A DNA stretch of 64,000 nucleotides from an uncultured delta proteobacterium (GTDB lineage Bacteria > Myxococcota_A > Polyangia > Polyangiales > B10-G4): assembly GCA_963727445.1 (NCBI GenBank), contig CAVSGI010000020.1, positions 480,001-544,000 on the forward strand, written 5' to 3'. The notes beneath the pieces were generated by a model. It searched no databases. It had not been told where the DNA came from and worked only from the letters and a program-made list of their open reading frames with translations. Shown piece after piece: positions 58,148-64,000 of this stretch. Both the position numbers and the translations under genes were made by a program. Positions within the stretch are counted from its first letter, which is position 1. Every line of letters begins with the position of its first letter.

Positions 58148-59847
58148 GTGGACTTTGTGAAAATCCTGAGCGCATTGCTCGCACTGGTGATCGTCGCTGG
58201 CTGCCAAGGGGTCATCTCCGATCCCGGGGCGACCGGCGGGCCGCCGGACGGCGTGACCAACCCACCGCCACCTGGAGGGTGCGTCGGCGAGGCCTGCCTC
58301 GACGTCGAGGAGGTGCCGGTCCCGAGCTTCCGTTTCCCCCGCCTCACTCACCAGCAGTGGGAGAACACGGTCACCGATCTCTTCCGGATGGACGCGGCTC
58401 CCGGTCTCGCCCAGGACTTTTTCCCCGACATCGAGCAGGGGACCTTCGACACCGACGCGCGCCGTCTCTCGGTGACCGCCGGGCTGTGGGGTGACTACCA
58501 GCGTGCGGCGGAGACGGTCGCCGAGCAGGTGACCGCTGCTGGGGCGATGGACGCCTGGCTCCCCGCGGGCCTGCCCGCGTCCGGCAACGAGCGCCGTGAC
58601 GCCTTCATCGCCGACTTCGGTCTGCGCGCCTATCGCCGGCCTCTCCTCGCGGATGAGGTCGCGCGCCTGGCCACGCTCTTCGACCAGGGCGCCACCCACT
58701 ACCCGACCCTCGACCCCTTCACCGCGGGCGTGCGGCTGACCCTCGAAGCGATGTTGCAGTCGCCGCACTTCGTCTATCGCGCCGAGCGGAGTCAGGAGTT
58801 GGTGGATGGCCTGATCGTCCTCGACGACTACGAGCTGGCGAGCAAGCTGTCGTATCTGCTCTGGGACACGATGCCCGACGACGAGCTCTTCGACGCAGCC
58901 GCGGCCGGCGGTCTGACGGATCCCGATGCTCTCGCCGCGCACGCGACCCGCATGCTGGAGGACGAGCGCGCCCACGCGAAGATCGCGAGCTTCCACGAGC
59001 AGCTCTTCCAGATGGATCTTTGGACCGACACCGACCACACCGTCGACGGGTGGCGCCCCGAGCTCGCCCCGATGATGGTCGAGGAGAGCCGACGCTTCCT
59101 CGAGAGCGTGGTCTTCGACGGCGGCACGCTTCGTGACGTGCTCACCTCCAACGTGGCCTTCGTGAACGAGGACCTCGCCGGGCTCTATGGCGTGTCGGGC
59201 GTCACCGGCGCCGAATACCAGCGCGTCACCCTCGACCCCACCGTGCGCTCCGGGCTCCTCACCCGACTCGGGTTCCTCAGCAAGTACGCGACCCTGACCG
59301 AGCCGGATTCCATCCATCGCGGCGTCTTCATCAACAACCGGGTCCTGTGCCGCAACATCCAGGCGCCGCCCTCGATCCCCGACAACCTGATGCCCACCGG
59401 AACCACCAATCGCGAGCGCATCACCAGCATCACCGGGCCCGGCACCTGCGCCGAGATGTGTCACCACACCATCATCAACCCCATCGGCTTCGCCTTCGAG
59501 GGCTACGATGCGATCGGCCAGTTCCGCACCGAGGACAACGGCCAGCCGGTGGATGCGGCGGCCACCTACGAGACGCCTTCTTCGGGCACCCTCAGCTACG
59601 ACGGCGCCATCGAGCTCTCCGACGAGCTCGCGGGGATCGAGGAGACGCACCGCTGCTACTCGACGCGGCTTCTCGAGTTCGAATACGGACGCGCGTACGC
59701 CACGGGGGACAGCCCCCTGGTCTACCGCGCGGCGCTCGGCTCCCAGAACGACGAGCTCGGCCTGCGCGAGATCATCATCGAGTTGGTGAAGAGCCGAACG
59801 TTCCGAACGCGCGCCGCCGAAGAGCTGGCCACCACGGAGGGCACCTG

Positions 59848-59848
<1 letters not shown>
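58148..59848 (+). CDS. DUF1592/DUF1588/DUF1595-type lipoprotein
   Basis: RLT..QW.NTV.DL, AYRRPL, LQSPHFVYR, YELASKLSY.LW..MPD.EL, IHRGVFI...LC, TNRER, INPIGFAFEGYDAIG. Confidence 0.9.
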
Positions 59849-61239
<1,391 letters not shown>

Positions 61240-61260
61240 AGCGGGCGCCGGCGGCTCCGC

Positions 61261-62394
61261 TCAGAACGCGAAGAAGTCGGCGAGGGGCGTCGCGTCCACC
61301 GCGGATCCGAGTCGATCGAGGCCGAGACCGTCCTCGATGGTGGCGAGGAGCGAGCTGTGGTCGGCGCGGATGGTGCTGACGTACCCGTCGTGTGCGCCGT
61401 AGGGCGAGAGCACGATGAGCGCGACGGGGTCGTCGGCCGCGAGCACACCCGATAGATCGTCCTCGTCCCAGACGATGACGAGCAGACCGCCGTCGGTGAA
61501 GGCGGGTGAGGCGAGGATGGGCGGAACGTTCTCCGAGAGCCACGCGTCGCCGTTGGCCAGGTTGCCGCTGCCGCCGGTGATGGGGTCGTGCATGTCGTTC
61601 ACCAGGTTCGGCGCGATGAAGGAGAAGGTGGGCGGGTCTGCGGCCAGGTCGTCGGCGAACGCGTCATAGTCGACGATGTGGTCGGCGCAGCGCGCGGGAT
61701 CGCTCTGTACGTCGTCGTAGTAGAGGAAAGGAACGTGTCGCGGCACGTAGTCGCCGTGGCTCGTCATGCCGCAGGGCGCGCCCATGTCTTCGCCGTAGTC
61801 CTTCCAGGTCGCGCCGGCGTCCTCGAGCTGGTTGCCGAGATGGGTGACGGACTGTGGGCAGCCGCAGTTGTGCAGGACCGCGTTGCAGTTGAAGGTGCCG
61901 CACTCACTGCCCATGGGCTCGCAGTCACAGCCGATGTCGCCGACGTCGGCCCCGGAGGTCATCGCGATGTAGTTGGGCAGGCTCGGGTGCGCCACGCCGT
62001 GGTACGCGGACGACGAGGCCCAGTCGGCGAAGAGAGAGTCGATGTAGGGCGTGTTGGTCGCGTCCAGCAGCGTCGACAGCGACGTGTTCTCCATCACGAT
62101 GACGAAGACGTGCGAGAAGCGCGGGATCCCGCTCGGCGTGAGGCAGGCCGGGACGCCGTTGGCCGTGCCGCAGGTCGTCCCCGTCGGACACCCCCCGCAG
62201 GGATCGCTCGCGCCATCGGAAGAAGAGGAGTCGGAAGGGGGCGCGTCGGGGGTGCTCATCGCGTCGGGCATCGTCGCGCCGTCGTCTCTCACGGCGCTGT
62301 CCATGGACGCATCGGGTGTTGGGAGGGTGGAGTCGTCACCACCGCAGGCGACCAGCAGTGTCAGGCCGAGAAAGACGAAATTGACGCGTCGCAT
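61261..62394 (-). CDS. Phosphoesterase family (acid phosphatase/PLC-like) lipoprotein
   Basis: LVAC lipobox; HVFVIVMEN, HPSLPNYIA, HVPF, PNLVNDMHD, VIVWDE, HSSLLATIE. Confidence 0.88.
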   Translation of the reverse strand: MRRVNFVFLGLTLLVACGGDDSTLPTPDASMDSAVRDDGATMPDAMSTPDAPPSDSSSSDGASDPCGGCPTGTTCGTANGVPACLTPSGIPRFSHVFVIVMENTSLSTLLDATNTPYIDSLFADWASSSAYHGVAHPSLPNYIAMTSGADVGDIGCDCEPMGSECGTFNCNAVLHNCGCPQSVTHLGNQLEDAGATWKDYGEDMGAPCGMTSHGDYVPRHVPFLYYDDVQSDPARCADHIVDYDAFADDLAADPPTFSFIAPNLVNDMHDPITGGSGNLANGDAWLSENVPPILASPAFTDGGLLVIVWDEDDLSGVLAADDPVALIVLSPYGAHDGYVSTIRADHSSLLATIEDGLGLDRLGSAVDATPLADFFAF

Positions 62395-62466
62395 GGAAGT
62401 CTCCGGCTAGAAGCGCCAGCAACGTTCCACCCCGCGAGGTCCGCGTCAAAGCGACGCGCCCGGATG

Positions 62467-63378
62467 TCAGCCGCCGAAGCTCTGACGCGCCCACTCGGCG
62501 AGGCCGAGCACCACTTCGTCCTTCGCGCGGGGCATCACCGCGAAACGCAGGATCTCGAGGGCGAGGGGGACGTGCACCTTGCCGTCGACGCGGATCATCG
62601 GCGGCGGCGCGATCCCGCCCTCGTCGGGCGCCGACTCGGCCCAGTCGACCTTGCGGCCGAGCTCGCGGCTGACGGCGACGGCGAGGTGATCCGAGAGCGC
62701 TTGAAAGGTCATGGGTCCGACCCAGCGCAGGACGTTCGGCTGATCGGTGAAGAGCGCGGCCTCCGCGGCCCGGATGCCCTTCGAGTCGGGGGTGATGGTG
62801 GGGCCGCCGGCGTGGTCGATCGCCTCGCGCAGCCGCGCGAAAGGCGCGCCGGGATTTCTCCCCCAGACGTCGCCCGTGACCTGCACCAGCTCTTCCTCGA
62901 CCTTCTCCGCGAGCGGCGTGACCACGGTGCGTGCCGCGAAGACCGACCGCGGCTCGTCGATGGCCGTCTCACCGAAGAGGCCCGCCTCGTGCCGCACGTG
63001 CCCGAGCGATGCGCGCGTCTGCGGGTCTTTGCCGCCCGTGCGCGACAGCCCGAAGGCGCGCACCGCCGCTTCGATCCCCGTGATGTCGCAGAACGAGAAG
63101 AAGCGCAGACCCGTGAGCGCGCTCGGCGTCTCCCTCAGGTCCTCGGCGCTCCGCGAGAGCTCCCCGAGGAGCGAGCCCTCCACCCGCCGCTGTAGCGCGT
63201 CGAAGAGCGCCTTCGCGCCCCCCGGGTCGCGCCAGCAGGCAAAGACCAGCTCTGCGCCCGCATCGGTCGCCACCGGTAAGACGCGGGTGTGCACCGCCTC
63301 GCGCGGCGCGTCCGCCGGTACCGGTGGCAGCTGCGCGAGCAGCTCGCCGAGCGGCCCACCGATCCCGTCCTCACTCAC
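62467..63378 (-). CDS. Hypothetical protein
   Basis: Coding bias; 4-nt overlap with the upstream epimerase. Confidence 0.75.
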   Translation of the reverse strand: MSEDGIGGPLGELLAQLPPVPADAPREAVHTRVLPVATDAGAELVFACWRDPGGAKALFDALQRRVEGSLLGELSRSAEDLRETPSALTGLRFFSFCDITGIEAAVRAFGLSRTGGKDPQTRASLGHVRHEAGLFGETAIDEPRSVFAARTVVTPLAEKVEEELVQVTGDVWGRNPGAPFARLREAIDHAGGPTITPDSKGIRAAEAALFTDQPNVLRWVGPMTFQALSDHLAVAVSRELGRKVDWAESAPDEGGIAPPPMIRVDGKVHVPLALEILRFAVMPRAKDEVVLGLAEWARQSFGG

Positions 63379-64000
63379 GACGCCTCCATCTCGGTGAGCA
63401 TCGCCCGATACCCCTCACGGTACGTGGGAAACGCATGCACGTAGCCGAGACGCGCGAGGAGCGCGCTCGAGCAGCGCTTGTTCGAGCGCGCGCGGCGTCC
63501 CACCGCCGCCGGCGCCTCCTGCTCTTCTTCCGGCGGCTCGGCCACACCGAGCTCCTTCGCCAGGAAGCGCTGCACTTCGCCGAGCGCCGCCGGCTCCCGG
63601 TCGACGCCGATCACCCGCGGCGGCGGCGCGTCCATCGTCGCGAGGAGCGCGAGCACCCCCGCGCAATCGTCACGGTGGATCCGGTTCGTCCACACGACTT
63701 CGCGCGGGGTCCGCGCTTCACCCATCTTCACTCGATCGATCATGCGCGTGCGACCCGGTCCGTAGATCCCGGCGAGGCGCACGGCCACCGAAGTGACACC
63801 ACTGGCTGCGATCGAGGCCTCGCCTTCGAGCATGCGCTTGCCCGAATGATGCGATGGCGCGGTCTCGGACGACTCGTCCACCCACGCGCCGCCGCTCTGT
63901 GCATAGACGCCCGTGCTCGTCGTCAGGATCACGCGCCCGAGCGGGTCTCCTCGCTCGCGCAGGAAGCGAAGCAACGTCTCGGGCCCTTTCACGTAGGCCT
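63375..64000 (-). CDS. NAD-dependent epimerase/atypical SDR (YeeZ-like), 5' end outside the window
   Basis: TSTTGVY..GAWVDE, RLAGIYGPGR, TNRIHRDD, SNKRCS, FPTYREG. Confidence 0.88.
   Translation of the reverse strand, partial: AYVKGPETLLRFLRERGDPLGRVILTTSTGVYAQSGGAWVDESSETAPSHHSGKRMLEGEASIAASGVTSVAVRLAGIYGPGRTRMIDRVKMGEARTPREVVWTNRIHRDDCAGVLALLATMDAPPPRVIGVDREPAALGEVQRFLAKELGVAEPPEEEQEAPAAVGRRARSNKRCSSALLARLGYVHAFPTYREGYRAMLTEMEAS

Overview
High-GC (~70%) bacterial chromosome segment. Gene content points to Myxococcota, probably Polyangiales/Sandaracinaceae-like: many lipoproteins with Asp-Ala-Gly-rich linkers, a Ser/Thr kinase, a DUF1592/DUF1552 pair and a giant TPR protein. It holds about 45 genes and no rRNA, tRNA, CRISPR array, integrase or transposase. 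The best candidate for an undescribed system is a tightly coupled minus-strand operon at 39680-48802. It encodes a 1688-aa HEAT-repeat/HEXXH/vWA protein, a MoxR-type AAA+ ATPase with an extra N-terminal beta-rich domain, an HTH fused to an EgtD-like SAM methyltransferase, and a RecQ helicase. Directly upstream is a ~570-nt gene-free gap that folds on the plus strand into a ~410-nt RNA closed by a long imperfect terminal stem (48952-49359). Other notable items are an ATPase-less Lon-type Ser-Lys protease fused to TPR-like helices (missed by the ORF track), a 69-aa GyrA/ParC-N-terminus-like miniprotein, a stand-alone Zn finger resembling the N-terminal domain of bacterial ZZ histones, a 6TM-RCK K+ channel and an SLH-bearing FAD oxidoreductase lipoprotein. 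Eight of nine apparent frameshifts fall at GATC-like sites, mostly GATC read as GAATC. These are probably systematic consensus errors rather than pseudogenes, and may be a footprint of GATC methylation. All calls come from motif recognition by eye; no searches were run.
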